Positions 1 through 14,409 of a stretch of 64,000 nt of DNA are shown here, piece by piece. Where the stretch lies: the NCBI GenBank assembly GCA_951406725.2, contig OX597814.1:145142001-145206000 (forward strand), in the 5' to 3' direction. Position 1 is the first letter of the stretch; every line of letters starts with the position of its first letter. A program made the position numbers and the translations under genes. Below the pieces are notes generated by a model. It was given only the letters and a program-made list of their open reading frames with translations. It was not told the DNA's origin and did not search any database. This stretch comes from Octopus vulgaris (Eukaryota).

Positions 1-658
1 CACAAAATGAAAAGTCCCCATCCTCACAGAGGGAAATAAAAGTTCATTCCGTCTGCCTCTCGCAGAAAGGTATCACTAACAACACAGAGAATTCAGCAAC
101 AAAAATTTCAAGACAAACCTTCAAGCAAAGAATACATCACAGAATTAATCACAAGTAACAAAACCGCTAAGCATTTCGCCAGGCGTGCTAACGATTAACA
201 ACTGTTATTCAACCAAGTAATCCTTCCACATTAAAGCATTGGGAATCATAACTTTAGAAAAACACTTAGCATACCATCAACTAAAGTACAAGTAGTTTGC
301 AGATACCATTGTTAGTTAGACAAAACATGGCAGAATTCAGTGATATAACCTAACTTAATATTTTTAATCTTACATCTCTAAATGGTACCATATATAAGTC
401 AGAAATAGACACTATGGCTAGTGTATTTAACCATACTAATTCATCTCAATACAGTAAGGTCATACATGCACAGTATATTGACTAGAAATATCTTCAATTA
501 ACTGAGGTTATCTATACATTTTTATATTGGCCTTGCTACCTGGGAAGAGAAAAAGTATGAACCTATTTACGAATATATGAGTACATGTAACCAAACTTTT
601 CAATGGCACATTTTAATTCTCATCAAAGTAATTTATTGTACATAAACTATCCTTTTAC

Positions 659-760
<102 letters not shown>

Positions 761-793
761 TCGACTGTGCAGATATATATCGATATAGCCTTT

Positions 794-1190
794 CCTTTTC
801 TATTCTAAGCACAAGGCCCGAAATTTGGGGGGAGGAGGCCAGTTGATTCGATCGACCCCAATACTCAACTGTTACTTACTTTATCTAATCCGAAAGGATG
901 AAAGGCAAAGTCAACCTCGACGTAATTTGAACTTAGAACGTAAAGGCAGGTGAAATACCTATTTCTTTACTACCCACAAGGGGCTAAACACAGATAGGAC
1001 AAACAAGGACAGACAAACGGATTAAGTCGATTATATCGACCCCAGTGCGTAACTGGTACTTATTTAATCGACCCTGAAAGGATGAAAGGCAAAGTCGAAC
1101 TCAGCGGAATTTGAACTCAGGACGTAACGGCAGACGAAATACTGTTAAGCATTTCTCCCTGCGTGCTAACGTTTCTGCCAGCTCACCGCC
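794..1190 (-). mobile_element. Dimeric tRNA-derived SINE with Meta-like central domain
   Basis: Minus strand reads GGCGGTGAGCTGGCAGAAAC (A-box region) ... GAGTTCAAATTCC (B-box) ... GACTTTGCCTTTCATCCTTTC, then a tail, then a second head-truncated unit. Same family recurs many times in the window. Confidence 0.85.
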
Positions 1191-4100
1191 CTTTTTGATA
1201 TAGCATATTGTCCGACATAAAAATTGTATTTTGAGCTACAATGATATATTCATTAAAATAACTTGATAATTTATTGATTTGATCTTAAATATACTTTTAG
1301 AAGAAACCAACTGTGAACCATTACTGGTATTAGTATATAATTGTGGAAATTGAAAACACACTACTACTGTGTTTGTTAAAGGTGTAAACATTGTATATCC
1401 TACTTCTTTATCCTCAAAAACACAAACCAATCTTCCCCCAAACAAAACGAGTCAATATAACTTAAGGTTAGTTTATATATCGAGAAGCCGAATATGTAAA
1501 CTGTTTTCGATTACCATGTCACTTACAACATTACTGCCCTTTAGATACCGGTTTCAGTTCCACTTCAATAAGCAATGTAAAGAAATGTGGTGCTATATAG
1601 GTTAAACAGTATGGATTCTGTAGCATTGGCTGTTAGTCACTCGCTACTCCAATAAAGCTCGGCTACACACACATAAACCAATATTGGTAAAGTATTTTAG
1701 TCAATATCATATATCGAAGATCTAAGAATCTGCTCGTAAACCCAGCAAACTATATCTGATATTTAACATAGACGAGAACCATAGAGTGGAAAGTAAACAG
1801 CTGACGAGATCAGAATGCCGTTCGATATCGATTACCAATTTTGAAAGACATGAATGTCTAAACATTCCACCATCAATTACTAAAATTGTTATACCTACAT
1901 GCCAAGTTAAAAAAAAACAACAAAAACCTCAACGAACATCGAAGTAATAGTTGCTTAATAAATAAATGCTACTGGTTGCTGTTATTGTTGTTTAGCCCCA
2001 GATAACCCCATGAGCATCATGTCATTTTCTATATGCAGGACTACATTGTCCAAAATATACTCAATATTTAATAGTTCTTTTTTGAAAGAGATTTGATTGC
2101 TATCTCTTGAAGAGTGAGTGGTCACCTACAAGCATCCTCGGTACCTCGATAAAGTATGCGTTTCTTTTGACGGAATATGTTAGTTTGTTTTTATAAAATA
2201 CGTGAAAGGAGAGTGTATATAATGTGGTGTTGTTGAGTTTTTGCCCAAGCTGGTCAACTCATTTACAGAGAACTTTTGTTTTGATGGAGAAAGAGCATTA
2301 TTCATGATCAGACTTGTTCGTCATTTAGCATATTTTGATTATTGATTAGAACAAAAAGTCAGATTCTGTGAAAATAATTATTAGACAATATGTTGTTGCT
2401 AAAAGGTAGGACTTCAATTTTTGTATAGGTATTACATACACATTTCTGTATAATATATTTAAGTAGAAATTCATATCAATGCCGTACGTAGTGTGAGCCC
2501 TCCTCGGCACCATGTAAGCCTTTACCAAATGAAAGCTGTCGATAAACTTGTGCGACAAAGAAAAATATATAGTGACATTTAAATACTGAATTGTAACAAG
2601 TACTGCCTTGTGAATCTCTCCATCGGAAATTCAGAGCAACAGTGAATTGCCAGCTGGAGCACTTCGGTGGTGCAAACTAACCTATATCTAACAACGCTAA
2701 TGTTCAGAAAATGCATGATATGAAAATATTAATAACCGATAACTATAGGCACAACGCAGATTCATCCTGTAGATTGGGAAGAAATTTGACTTGTAATATG
2801 CTGGTACAGTATTAAACGTCACATTTTCTTCTTTTGTCGTTAAAAAAAGTTGACCTTTTACCTAACAAAAATAATACAATAAACTACATGAATATTTATA
2901 TAGAACCTTTTATATTTTTATAGTCAAAACGGAACTAAGTGTCGAAGACGCATTATATAGCATCAAAGACTGGTGGGATGGAAGTAAGATAGAATTATCG
3001 AACCAGAGACCTGATCCGAATGCTTGGAACAAAAGGAATCCCGATAAAGGTAATTAAGAAGCCAAGTGGTTGTAATCTGTCAAGTGACAGATTGAATCTA
3101 CCATCCACATAGACCATAAACCACATAGACTCAGAACAATATAATAAGAACCACAAGGAAATTGGTCCGACGGTTTCCGTCACGTATTTCTGCCCTGGAA
3201 AGATTAAAGCAACATTCAACTAAGCGGGATTTGAACTCAGAACGCAGGAGGAGGAGTAAAAATTGGGGCAAGTTTCCAGTTGCTTTTGCTGTTTATTTTT
3301 GTGCAGATCCAGATCAAATATGTGATATGGTCAAAGACATTCCACACTTGACCACCGCATTTTATTTTCTTAGGGACAAGGAACACACCATCACATTACT
3401 TCATATGTATTTCATAAACAAAAGACCATAGTCTTTATTTGAAAGTGATTTAGCAGATTTAATTGGGAGATCGAACAATTTCGTAGACATTCGCTCCCCT
3501 TTTGATTCCTAGTTGTTGCCACTAAAACAGTCGTGAGCGCCAAACATTCTCATTTCTCTTCTATACGCATACATATTTTATAGTTAAGTTTGAAATTAGT
3601 ATTTATCTCGTTTAATTTATTGAATATGAAATATTATCCCATTTATTCAATCATTTTTCTCTTATGCTATATGAATATGTCCCGAGCCTAATACCATCTC
3701 TTCTATCTTTATCAAAATTTTGTTGTGTAGTATCACTCTGCAATCTATAATTGTAAACCGAGAATGTTATGTCTTCCCTAACTAACGATAATCGATGAGA
3801 GCGATGTCAAATTTGATTTGCTACAGGCGCCCATACTGTCCCAAACTAACTTCATGCACTTTTGCATTGATTTCAATGTATTTGTCTGATTATAATGCGT
3901 ATTGGTAGGCGGAGACAAATATTGAATTTGATCTGGAACTGTTTTGTTTGTAAAGCTTAACGAAAAATGACAATAAAAAATAAACCTGATAATCAAGTAT
4001 TTATTAAAAACTAACCATATAAAAAGATACATCCCTTCACCCAATATGTTTTTGATTATTATCTGTTGTTACTCATTGAAATATTCGGTTTATTTTTATA

Positions 4101-4234
4101 ATTTATTAGAGTCAAAACTAACTTTCCTCTTGCTAAATATTACTCTCCTCCTCCTACTCCTTTTTCTTTCGGTCTTTGTACCATTTGCAGGATTTTGACT
4201 TATAACTGTAAAGTATATACATACATAAAAGTAG

Positions 4235-4572
4235 TAAAGATTCCCTTCAGTTACGAGTGGCTATGCGATTGCACCTAGAAAGTTCCCCCCTGGGACACAA
4301 GTATTGGCAAGGTTGTTTTGGGGAAGACTAGCAGTCACCTGTGCATAGTAGCCCCCCCCCGAGACGCTACCGATGTTGTCCAAAAGAAATGTAAAGACAG
4401 ATACAGCCAGGCACTAGTGACGTCGCAACTCATTTCTACAGTTGAGTGAAATGTAGTGACGTGAAATAAAAAGCATTGCTCAAGAACACAACATATAACC
4501 TGGTTCGGCAATCGAACTCACAACCTCACGATTGTAAGCACGATGCTCTAACTATTGAGTCATGCGCCTTCA
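4235..4572 (-). mobile_element. tRNA-derived SINE (second family), decayed
   Basis: Minus strand: GAAGGCGCATGACTCAATAGTTAGAGC ... GAGTTCGATTGCC (A/B boxes) then GTGTTCTTGAGCAA; head similar to 26293 and 58384. Confidence 0.75.
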
Positions 4573-5781
4573 CATACATACACACAAACATACATACATT
4601 TAGTTGTGCGTTTGTGCGTGTGTATCTATATATTAAGACTAGTGTAATTGACAATATATTGTCCTAATAATGAACTGTGGTCATTTTACACGGCTATTTC
4701 CATTTGTGGGCCTTGTCTTAAATTATTGTGAAGAAAAATTAGATCGTTAAATAGCTATCTTTAGTTCCGTCCACCTACTAACTTCTTTCTCATGGTTTCT
4801 AGTTACAACGTTTAGTTTCTGGATGTCAATCATTACAATGATATGTTTGCTTCTTGTTTTTCTTATAGGCCAGATGAAATAAAACACGGGTTAAGTGCTA
4901 TGGTAAGATTATATTCCTATTAAGAATTTTGGGTGACGAACAGCAGACTGGTAAAATCGTTAGGACGTCAGACAACATGCCTTATATTTTTTCGGCTAAT
5001 AATTTTGAGCTTAAAGTGAGTTGAGGTCAACTTTGCGATTCATCATCACTGGATCGATAAAATAAGGAATCAACCAAATAATGGGTTCAAATCAGTGATC
5101 TTGCAAAGGAGAGCAGAGCCGATTTTCTCGAACAACAGTAAATTTCCGACGACAAGTGAAATGATAGACCGATTGTCGTTACATAATTTTTATTTATCTG
5201 TAACGCTTTTTATGTTATTGTTAAAGCAGCATACACACAGCTTATCTTTCACTTACATACATCTATGATATCTCTCTCTAAAACAGACCCCATTCAAAGG
5301 GATTCTGTAAAAGAAAAAGATGATTAACTGCTATAGATGTCAATACAATTATAAGAATGGAAAACTAAGAATGGTTAAAAATAAGTACCAGCTTTGTGCA
5401 ATTTAGTGCAATAAAATGATTCAAACGACAATATTTGTCTCTTAAAAATGTTTGACTTTGTTTCAATATCATAAATAATTATTCTTATTGTTTGAAATAA
5501 ATATATTGCAATGATTCGTAATTGGTTACTATTGTAACATAAATCAGGCGTTATGCTAATGTAATATATTAATGGTTTTAAACATTAGAAATGATAAAGA
5601 ATAATGTATTCTAATATTTAGTTTCTTCGTGGGAAGTATTCTGAAAGAATCGCTACAGTGATGAACAAAAATACATGGCTTATTTAGTTACACCCTTTCA
5701 TATTTTCAGTTCAAATCTTGCCGAGAGCAAGATTATCTTTTTTGTGTCAATAAAGTAAGCAAGATTAGTATACTGGAGTAA

Positions 5782-5993
5782 GGCGGTAAGCAGTCAGAAT
5801 AGTTAGCACGCCGGGGATAATGCTTAGCGACATTTTGTCCGTCTTTACGTTATGAGTTCAAATTCCGCCCAGGTCGAATTTGCTTTTCATCATTCGGAGG
5901 TCGATAAAATAAGTACCAGAAGATCACTGGCATCGATGTTACCGACTTATTTCACCCACAAAAAGTGCTGGCCTCGTGCTAAAATTTGAAATC
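5782..5993 (+). mobile_element. Meta-domain tRNA SINE nested in an older SINE, with target-site duplication
   Basis: GGCGGTAAGCAGTCAGAA ... GAGTTCAAATTCC; flanked by GATTAGTATACTGG (5763-5776) and GATTAATATACTGG (5994-6007). Confidence 0.85.
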
Positions 5994-6408
5994 GATTAAT
6001 ATACTGGCATCGATTTAATGGACTGAATCATATTCTCAAGGTTTCCAGTCATGTACCAGTACCCAAATTTACTAGTTTCTCCTCTTTAAATTTTAGAGAA
6101 GGAATCGGGTATATCATCGATGGTCAGTAGTGAACAACTAGTGAAATGTTTTGTCAGAAGATGATCCCTCTTTTCAGTCGCAGGCAAAACCGTGTTGTTA
6201 AGAAGTTTACTTTGAAACTACACTGGTTCTTTCAGTACCCTTATGAAGTTACCATAGTAACGTGCCGATAAATTGTTTGTGATTGAATATGCCTTGTGTC
6301 TCCAAGCAATCTTGAGGTATGGAGACACAAGCTTACTTAGATTACATCGCTAATGTATGAAACTATTAGCTGTGTTCATTGAATAATATATATATATATA
6401 TATATATA

Positions 6409-7262
6409 ATTTAAAATTCTGGGTTTTACCAATAGAACCGCAACTCCTATTTCAGGATAAGATAATTGTATGGAATACACATAGATAGTTATATCCCATA
6501 AAATAATATAAGCAGTTAAAAAACCTACTATAAAACACTATAAAATTATTTGAAAACATATTTAAAAATATATATATAACTTACCTGTTATTAATCTGTG
6601 GGGAAAGAAGATATTTCTAATCAACGCTACACGATTCAGTTACAGCTAGACTTAAGAGTGTAACATATTTTTTAATTATTATCACCACTTGAATTCAACC
6701 TGTCTAATAGTAATTAGTCTTAGCGAATTTTTCAGAGTATTTTATTTTATTTATATTATTCCCATAATACTTAGCGCATACTAGATATTTTTACTAGTTT
6801 TTTTTTATTAGTTTTACTCAATAAATTTATAACGTATATAGTGGTTTTTAGTAAATAATCTTTTTAAATACTATAAACTTACGTTTGACATAAAAAATGG
6901 TAATTTATACGTGTATAGATAGGGTTAAATCTTACACTAAATTATTAATCCTCGTAATGTTTATATATATAAGTTGTTGGATTTGATGTGTTTCTATATA
7001 TATCGGTACTATAATTTAGGTATTTAATTTTTAAATTTTTAAAAATATATTTGTAATTTATATATTTCATTATTATTTATTATATTTTTTCATATTCTTA
7101 TTTTTCTATTTAATAGGACTTATAATATGTATTTTAAAATTTGATCCGTTAATAATAATAGCAATAAGATAAATAGCCTGAGAATGCACTGGTGGATTTA
7201 TGTATTAAGTATAGCCTGAAATAGGAGTTGCGGTTCTATGGGTAAAATTCCAAATTTGTAAT
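6409..7262. mobile_element. AT-rich PLE-like relic with 33-bp inverted ends and degenerate hammerhead motifs
   Basis: 6424-6456 is the reverse complement of 7215-7247 (1 mismatch); starts directly after (TA)n; the right end reads CTGAGAA ... GAAA-TAGGA/TTCTA-T. Confidence 0.5.
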
Positions 7263-7351
7263 AATATTATAAATGATACTGCTTACATTGCATTAGTAAA
7301 GTGTTAGATAGTAAATGTCCTGATAACCTGGAATACTTATTATTCTCTAAG

Positions 7352-7394
<43 letters not shown>

Positions 7395-7636
7395 CAGATT
7401 CAGTCCGGTATAATGAATCCACAAACGCATATAAAACATGCAAGAGTTTACGTGTTTTTTTCCCTCTGAAGATATTATGCAAAGGTTATATAAATATAAA
7501 TTTTAATATTTACTGAGTATTAAGTGAAACAGGGGTAAGTGAAGATGATTAATTTGCTGTTAATAATAAGCAATTATTAACTTCCCAATCTTCTTCTTCT
7601 TCTTAATCTTCTTCATCTCCTTCACCTTCTTTCTCT

Positions 7637-7673
<37 letters not shown>

Positions 7674-9630
7674 GTTTGTATGTATCTACACACATACACA
7701 CATATATATACGTATGTGTACGTTCGTGTTTGTATTTGGTTGTTTCATATATTATCGCTAGTTTTGGTTTGTTCATGTCCTTGTATTTTAGCAGTCCGGT
7801 ATAAAGGAACCAATAGAGTAGGCACCAAATTTGGAAAAGTATGAATGAATACGTAAATAACAAAAAATAAATTTAATGAAATGATAAAATAAAGTACTGG
7901 GTTCGATTTGTTCGTTATGATCAAGGCATTCCAACTGTGTTCATCTCGTCGTTTTAAGATGTCAACCTAATATTGATGAAAATTGGTTTGCCATTTCTAG
8001 TGGATTAGGCCACAATTTGGCGCCTTCCTGGCTGGTTCCATATATCATCTACATCGTAGTGTGCTCTGTGCAATCATTTCGAGACGTTCCTTAACAAATA
8101 TATTTCAGGAAGACATGAGTATTGTTTAAACATAAAAATTGCTTTCTGTCTAATTGGTTACAACGTTAGCATTATTGCTTGGCCTTGGGACTTCAATCCT
8201 TATGGAGTTGTATAAGCAACAACGTGACATACTGTGAGTTTATAACTGGTAGAGCTGATCCTTTTCCAGGAGTGACCGAAGAACTTACCGTGTACCGTTA
8301 TACTAGTACTTTATTTGTTGACCTCAAATGAAGAGTCTACTCAATATTAGTTGTCTATTTGTGGTTTCAAGACAATGAGAAGCAAAGTTGACTTCGGTGT
8401 AATTAGAACCAAGACTGCCGGAACGAGCCGGAACGAGAGGACTTTCATATACCCTAATGACTATGCCAACTGATTGCCTTACCAAGCCTTATGCAAATAC
8501 AAAAAAAAATTGTCATTTACTTTTTTCATAACAGAAATGATGAGAAACAATATCTCCTAACATTTAGTTTCGTATCTCTACAGTCAGTATTCAAATCAGG
8601 TAGAAAATAACTCTGGACTTTTATCTCTTGGAGATCAATAAAATATATACCAGTTATTCAATGTGGATATTTCAATCATCTACAGCTCTGTATCTCATTC
8701 ACTTGAGTCAATACAAGAAGTCATTATTTGATATTGTTTAAAACATATAGACTGCCGTGATTTTTCATTGTTAATGTAGCCCTAAACAGAACATTTGATC
8801 TGTTTTCGGCCTGAATAGATATAATCCACTGCTTCAATGTGTTAACAGACGTGATGTCTGTAGCATATCCTAATTTTCCGTTTGTGTAGCATTACAGGAA
8901 GTCTTACTTTAGGTGATATTTTTGTTTTTCATTTTATTCTTTTTTTTTTACATAATATTTTATAGAATCCTGATAACACTAGCAAGAGTGAATTTCTAAC
9001 TTTCTATTGATTCGCTATTAATCTTCTGGCACCCTCAATCTAATCAATGCCTTTTCTGTATCCCTGCCCAGTAGCTTTTCTTTCATTTTGTTGGATTCTT
9101 ATTTTTCATAGTATTTGAAATGATCATTTTGTTTATATCGCAACCATCATCATCATCGTCTTCACCACAACGACCATCTCCATCATCAACACCTAATCTA
9201 CCACCATGTGATTGTGGTCGTGGTGGTGCTGGTAGTGGTGGTACTGGCAGTGGTGTTTGTGTTTTCTTCCCTTTCTCCTCGTCGAATCCTTACTTGTTCC
9301 TCTTTCCTTCCACTCTATATTTAGCTGACTTTGCTACTTCCATTTCCGTTCGGTCTCCATTGCTACGTGTATAACATTAAATCTAAACATCCGATTAAAT
9401 TCAGCGATAAAAGTCTTAGGAACTCTAGAAAGGCGTTGACTAGCATTACAAGGAATTCATTGATCAGTGAAACCAATTCTTTAATATGGCAACGCTAATA
9501 AATTATCCTTGAGCAATACATGTAATGCACCCAATTGAGAACTATGCTGGAAACTGCTCCAACAAAAGATGCAGTGTGATTACATTCAGCCGACGATAGC
9601 TGTCTTGCTGAAAGCTGAGACGAAGAGAGA

Positions 9631-9635
<5 letters not shown>

Positions 9636-9698
<63 letters not shown>

Positions 9699-9700
9699 GA
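9636..9700. repeat. (GA)n microsatellite
   Basis: Direct dinucleotide array. Confidence 0.97.
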
Positions 9701-11311
9701 AGGAGAAAAAGAGCGAGTGAGGGAGAAATTAACAGGGAAATGTGCTGAGAAATAGCAAGAGAGATGGAGAGCGAGGGGTATATGAAGGAAGCGAATGAGA
9801 TATATGGAAGTTAGTAACATATAGGCATACAGTGCTTATAGTAGATCATTGAAAACAATCATTTACGCTGAAGGCTATATTATTTAGCTGTATTATTTAG
9901 TTTTTTCCTTGTATTATCAGTAAACTAATTCAGTTTTAATGAAATGCTAACCTGACAATGATGTCGATACATGTTTTTCGTCAGAAAGAAATAATGTACA
10001 GTAGAAACGAAAAAAAAAATATATATATTGGTTACCCATGTATGTATTTTCAATGCTATCTTTTCGGGGATTAACATACGAGGAGCAATTTCTATGGAAT
10101 AAAATCTTTTGTTGTGTTGAAAATATATTTATAATAGGTGTAATGTGTGTGTGTATGTGTGTGTGTAATTTCAATGAAGTATTGACTTGGTTATGAAATT
10201 TTATATAAGTTATGGCAAATTAAAGGGGTTGAGATCTATATTGCAATATAAATATTCTGTATTTGATAGAAACGAAATATTTTGATAGTTAGTTATAATA
10301 ATATATGTCCAGCTCTCCATTTGATCATGTAGGCATATAACTGCGGTTGATTGATATAGTTTTATATCGTAAACATAAATCGTTCATTTCCGGCGAAGGT
10401 AATGCTTGTATAATTTGGATGCGGACAAAAACGACTCCAAAAGATTGAATAGATATGTTCAAGTCTTTCGCTAGTATTTCTCAGAGAAATAAAAATCCAG
10501 AATGTTGCAATTCCTTTGTGGGTTTCGTCAGTAATAAGTAATCTAATAGAACAAAAAATTATTTTAGAATAAATGTTAACCACGTAGCAAAAGCAAAGAA
10601 AATCAATATTTCAGGTATAGGCTCATTTTCAAGATAGAAGAAGAGAGACAATAGGAAAGACAAATAGGGTAATCTTCCTATCGTTATCAGAGAATCATGT
10701 TAGTAATGTGTGACGAACTTGTATAGCAGGGTATGTATTTTGGGAGTAAGGGAGAGCAGAATAGAAAGTAGAAATGCGGATCGTGTGCAAATAGAAAAAA
10801 AAAGGAGAAATAAGAATGAACAACAAAAGAATCAGTATATATGTTGGTCAGTGTGTACACTGTGTGTATGTGTACACGCACTGTTTAAGTGTTTAGAAAG
10901 GTGTGGCATTGCGTGCGGCTGTACTCAGGACGGTGGCGGGAATAAAAGATGGGAAGGAATTAGAAGGTAATAACACACTGTTGGTTCCAGAATGAGCAAA
11001 TGACGTTCGCGAATCGGTAACTTCTTCGTGATTGATGGTGGAGTTGTTGTCAATTGTTGCTGGACGTAATCGTCATTGTTTTGTCTCTTATGCAGGTCTG
11101 CTTTTGTAGACATATAAATCATTCCATCCGTGACAGTTACCCTATCATTGTATATCTATGCCTACCGTGTGCAGTGCGTCCTTCAGGTTTTCTAACACAG
11201 TAGGGTGTCATTTAAGGAGATTTTGCCGTATTTTGAGTGATTACTTGTGAATATTTTTGCTGCTTTTCGTAATGGCAGCTGGACAACTGAGTTATAGTTT
11301 ATATCTATGTA

Positions 11312-12657
11312 CAGGATGGGACAGAGAGAACAGATGTTTTTGAAATGGCTATGATTCAGCCCCCCCCCCGGGATTACATATGCCCTACAGGTACCATTCG
11401 ATCCGTGATGTATTAGCATTTTATTTTTCCTCTGAGGTGAAGCCATGGTGCTGTGGAAGATAGAGCATTGCGTATTTGCCTACGACTGTTACGTAAAGAA
11501 TAATGAGTCTGTCACAACAGCTTAGCGTGAGTTTCGGTACCACTTCAACATTCACTGAAATTAGGCTGTTCCGACCCGTGCCACAATTTTACGTTAGGTG
11601 AATGCATTTCGTAAACAAGGTACACTAATTAACAGGAGACTGGTGGGGGCGCCACGAACGGTACGGACCCCGGAAAATGTGGAACACGTCAGACAAGCTT
11701 TGATACAGAGTCCGAATCGCCCGTCTTGAAGGGAATTCCACTGAACTTGACATCAGTAATCGATGGGTAAGGCGTATGTTGCACGAAGACCTGCATTTCT
11801 ACATGTATAAATTGGTCATTGGGCAGCAGTTGAAACCATGGGACTATGCACAGTGGCTTAACTTCGCACGTCAGATGGAAGCAATTTTTGAGTCAAATGA
11901 CAACCTCATTTTGTTACTGAGTAATGAAGCTCATTTTCTTCTGAATAGCAAGGTGATTCAACAGAGTTGTCCTTATTGGGCTCTTGAAAATCCGCGGAAA
12001 TTGTACGAAAGACCAATGCACAGCTCAAAAGTAATGGTCTGGTGTGCTGTTGGAAAACTGCTACCATTAGTCCTTACTTTTTTAAAAACAGTAATAGAAA
12101 TGCTGTTACTGTGAATTCCGAGCGTTACATTGAGATGATAAACAGCTTCTTTGTGCCTGAAGTACGACTAAAACGTGTGCCTATTCGACGTGTGTGGTTT
12201 CAGCAGGATGGGGCGACGGCCCACACAGCCAGAGCATCAATGGACGTTGTTCGCCCTCTCTTTCGGTGACCACTTCATTTCCATGTTTGCTGACATTCCT
12301 TAGCCCCATCGGTCTGCTGATTTGTCCATGTGTGATTATTTCTTGTGGGAGAACCTCAAGGCACGTCTGTATGCGTATAAGCCCCGTACATTGGATGATT
12401 TGAATGAAGCTATTCGCGTGGAAGTCGCCCAAATCGACAGAGCGGTACTGGAGAGAGTGGAGGCCAACTTCCAAGAACGCCTTCAGAAATGCATCAATGA
12501 AAATGAACATCACATGATGGATATTGTTTTCCACACATGATCTTAACAAATGCTAATTTAATACAAACACATTAATGTCAATAAAATCTGTTTGCAGCAA
12601 AAAATAAGTGATTTTGTGAATTTTTCAAAAAACGTCCATCCTCTCTGTCCCACCCTG
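11312..12657 (+). mobile_element. Complete Tc1/mariner DNA transposon, DD41D (rosa/Visitor) family, non-functional
   Basis: ~35-bp imperfect TIRs (CAGGATGGGACAGAGAG / CTCTCTGTCCCACCCTG), TA on both sides (11310-11311, 12658-12659), transposase motifs SNEAHF, WFQQDGATAHTA, DLSMCDYFLW; reconstructed D-to-D spacing 41 aa. Confidence 0.93.
11445..12540 (+). pseudogene. DD41D transposase pseudogene
   Basis: ORF-track pieces 11776-12114, 12042-12269 and 12322-12540 are consecutive transposase segments separated by stops and frameshifts. Confidence 0.9.
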
Positions 12658-12984
12658 TATCATCGTATGCCAATATTTCTTTTGACATATGTATGTTATA
12701 ACGTTGGTTATTGCCCTGTATGTTTCCTTCTCTTCTTCTTTATAAGTGTTCCTTGTTCAAACATCATCTGCTTTAAAATTAACTGACGAATGGTTTTGTT
12801 ATCAGCTTGATTTAGATCGTCAGTATGAAATTTGTAGTAAGGTAAATTTTGACAGCTGCTCATTTTGTGCCATTATTATATTTTGACAATCTTTATATTT
12901 TGTTACAAAGCTGACACATCTATTTCTTTATTCTAACGCTTTATAAAGTATTCATAAATCGTTTTTTTGTTGCTATTTTCGTTT

Positions 12985-13950
12985 AGAGAAGTCGGAAATT
13001 CGTACAGTTTTGAAATATGAGTTCTTTCTTGGAGATACAGCATCACAGACGACTCGAGATATTAATGGAGTATTTCGTTCTAATGTTATTACGTGACAGA
13101 CAGTATCAAATTGGTTTGCAAAATTTCGTTTTGATAACTTTGACCTCACAAATGAGCAGCGTGGTCGACCAGAAACAAAGGTGGATAATAACGAACTGAA
13201 AGCCACCGTCGAGTCAGATCCATCACAAGGTGGCCGTGAATTTTCGTTGTTGTTTGGTCTTAGCAAGCAAACAATATTGACTCACCTAATTCAAATCGGT
13301 AAAGTGAAAAAGTTAGATAAGTGGGTTCCACATGAACTCAATGAAAATCAGAATCAGCAACGTTTCGAAGCCTGCATTATGCTACTTTCTTGTCACAAAA
13401 AGGAATAATTTTTTAATCGTATTTTAAAATGTGATGAGAAATGGATCCAATACAACAACTGCAAACATTCAGCACAATTGTTGGACAAAGACGAGCCACC
13501 AAAACACAGTCCAAAAAGCAAAATTTGTCAAAAGAAGCTGATGGCTTGTGTTTATCGGTCTGGCGCAGGTGTGATCCATAATGATTTCCTTAAACCTGGC
13601 TCATCAATCACGACCGAAGTATACTGCAGCCAACTGGACCAAATGATGCAGAAACTTACAAGAGACAGCTTAGATTAGTAATCAGATCCACTCCTATTTT
13701 ATTGCAAGACTGTGCCAGACTACACATCGCAAAAATGGCAGTGGCGGAACTACAGGAGTTGGCGTTGGAAGTTCTCCATCATCCACCATAGTCACCTGAT
13801 TTTCTTCCCACTGACTATCACTTCTTCCAGAATTTGGATAACATTTTGATAGGACAATGATTTAATTCCGAAGATGCTGTAAAACAGATCTTGCAAGATT
13901 TTATTGACATTTGCAAACTTTTCTACAAATTTCATACTTGACGACCTAAT
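12985..13950 (+). pseudogene. Decayed mariner (DD34D-type) transposase
   Basis: WFAKFR, RGRP, KKLDKWVPHEL, CDEKWI and HPP*SPDFLPTDYHFF motifs with multiple stops; TIRs not recognised. Confidence 0.9.
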
Positions 13951-14029
13951 AAAATGGCAAAATAAATTTAAGTTTTGACCAGAAAAATCTGGGTAACTGT
14001 ATTTCACAAGCCCTGTGGATCTCGTTATG

Positions 14030-14060
<31 letters not shown>

Positions 14061-14146
14061 GTAGGTCCCGGGTTGATTCGGGGTTAACCACAGTAAATAA
14101 GGTACTCAATACATAGCAGAGTAAAATTAATTTATTATATAGAAGG

Positions 14147-14197
14147 AGCTTCTACAGGACTAGAATTGTTTCATTCAAGAGAAATCTTCAGGAAGCT
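14147..14197 (-). ncRNA. Type I hammerhead ribozyme motif in a PLE-like terminal fragment (slightly degenerate)
   Basis: Minus strand: AGCTTC-CTGAAGA-TTTCTCTTGAAT-GAAA-CAATTCTAGTCCT-GTA-GAAGCT; perfect 6-bp stem I, weak stems II and III; element starts at a (TA)n tract. Confidence 0.7.
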
Positions 14198-14409
14198 AGT
14201 TAACAAGAATTGTATTGGCATTTATAGGGGTGTTGGTGGGGGACTTTTTGGGGGTAGGCATAGCGCAAAATATCATACTTGGGGGAGTGGTCAAGGAGTC
14301 AGTGTTAAATTAGATAGAAGAATAAATAAAAAAATAAAAAAATATAAAAATATATATATAAAAAAAAGGGGATAGAGTTTTAGGTAAATAAGGAGATTCT
14401 CACTTATAC

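Noticed and set aside
10925-11122. 65-aa minus-strand ORF in apparently unique sequence
   Set aside because: No homology recognised and no convincing splice donor.
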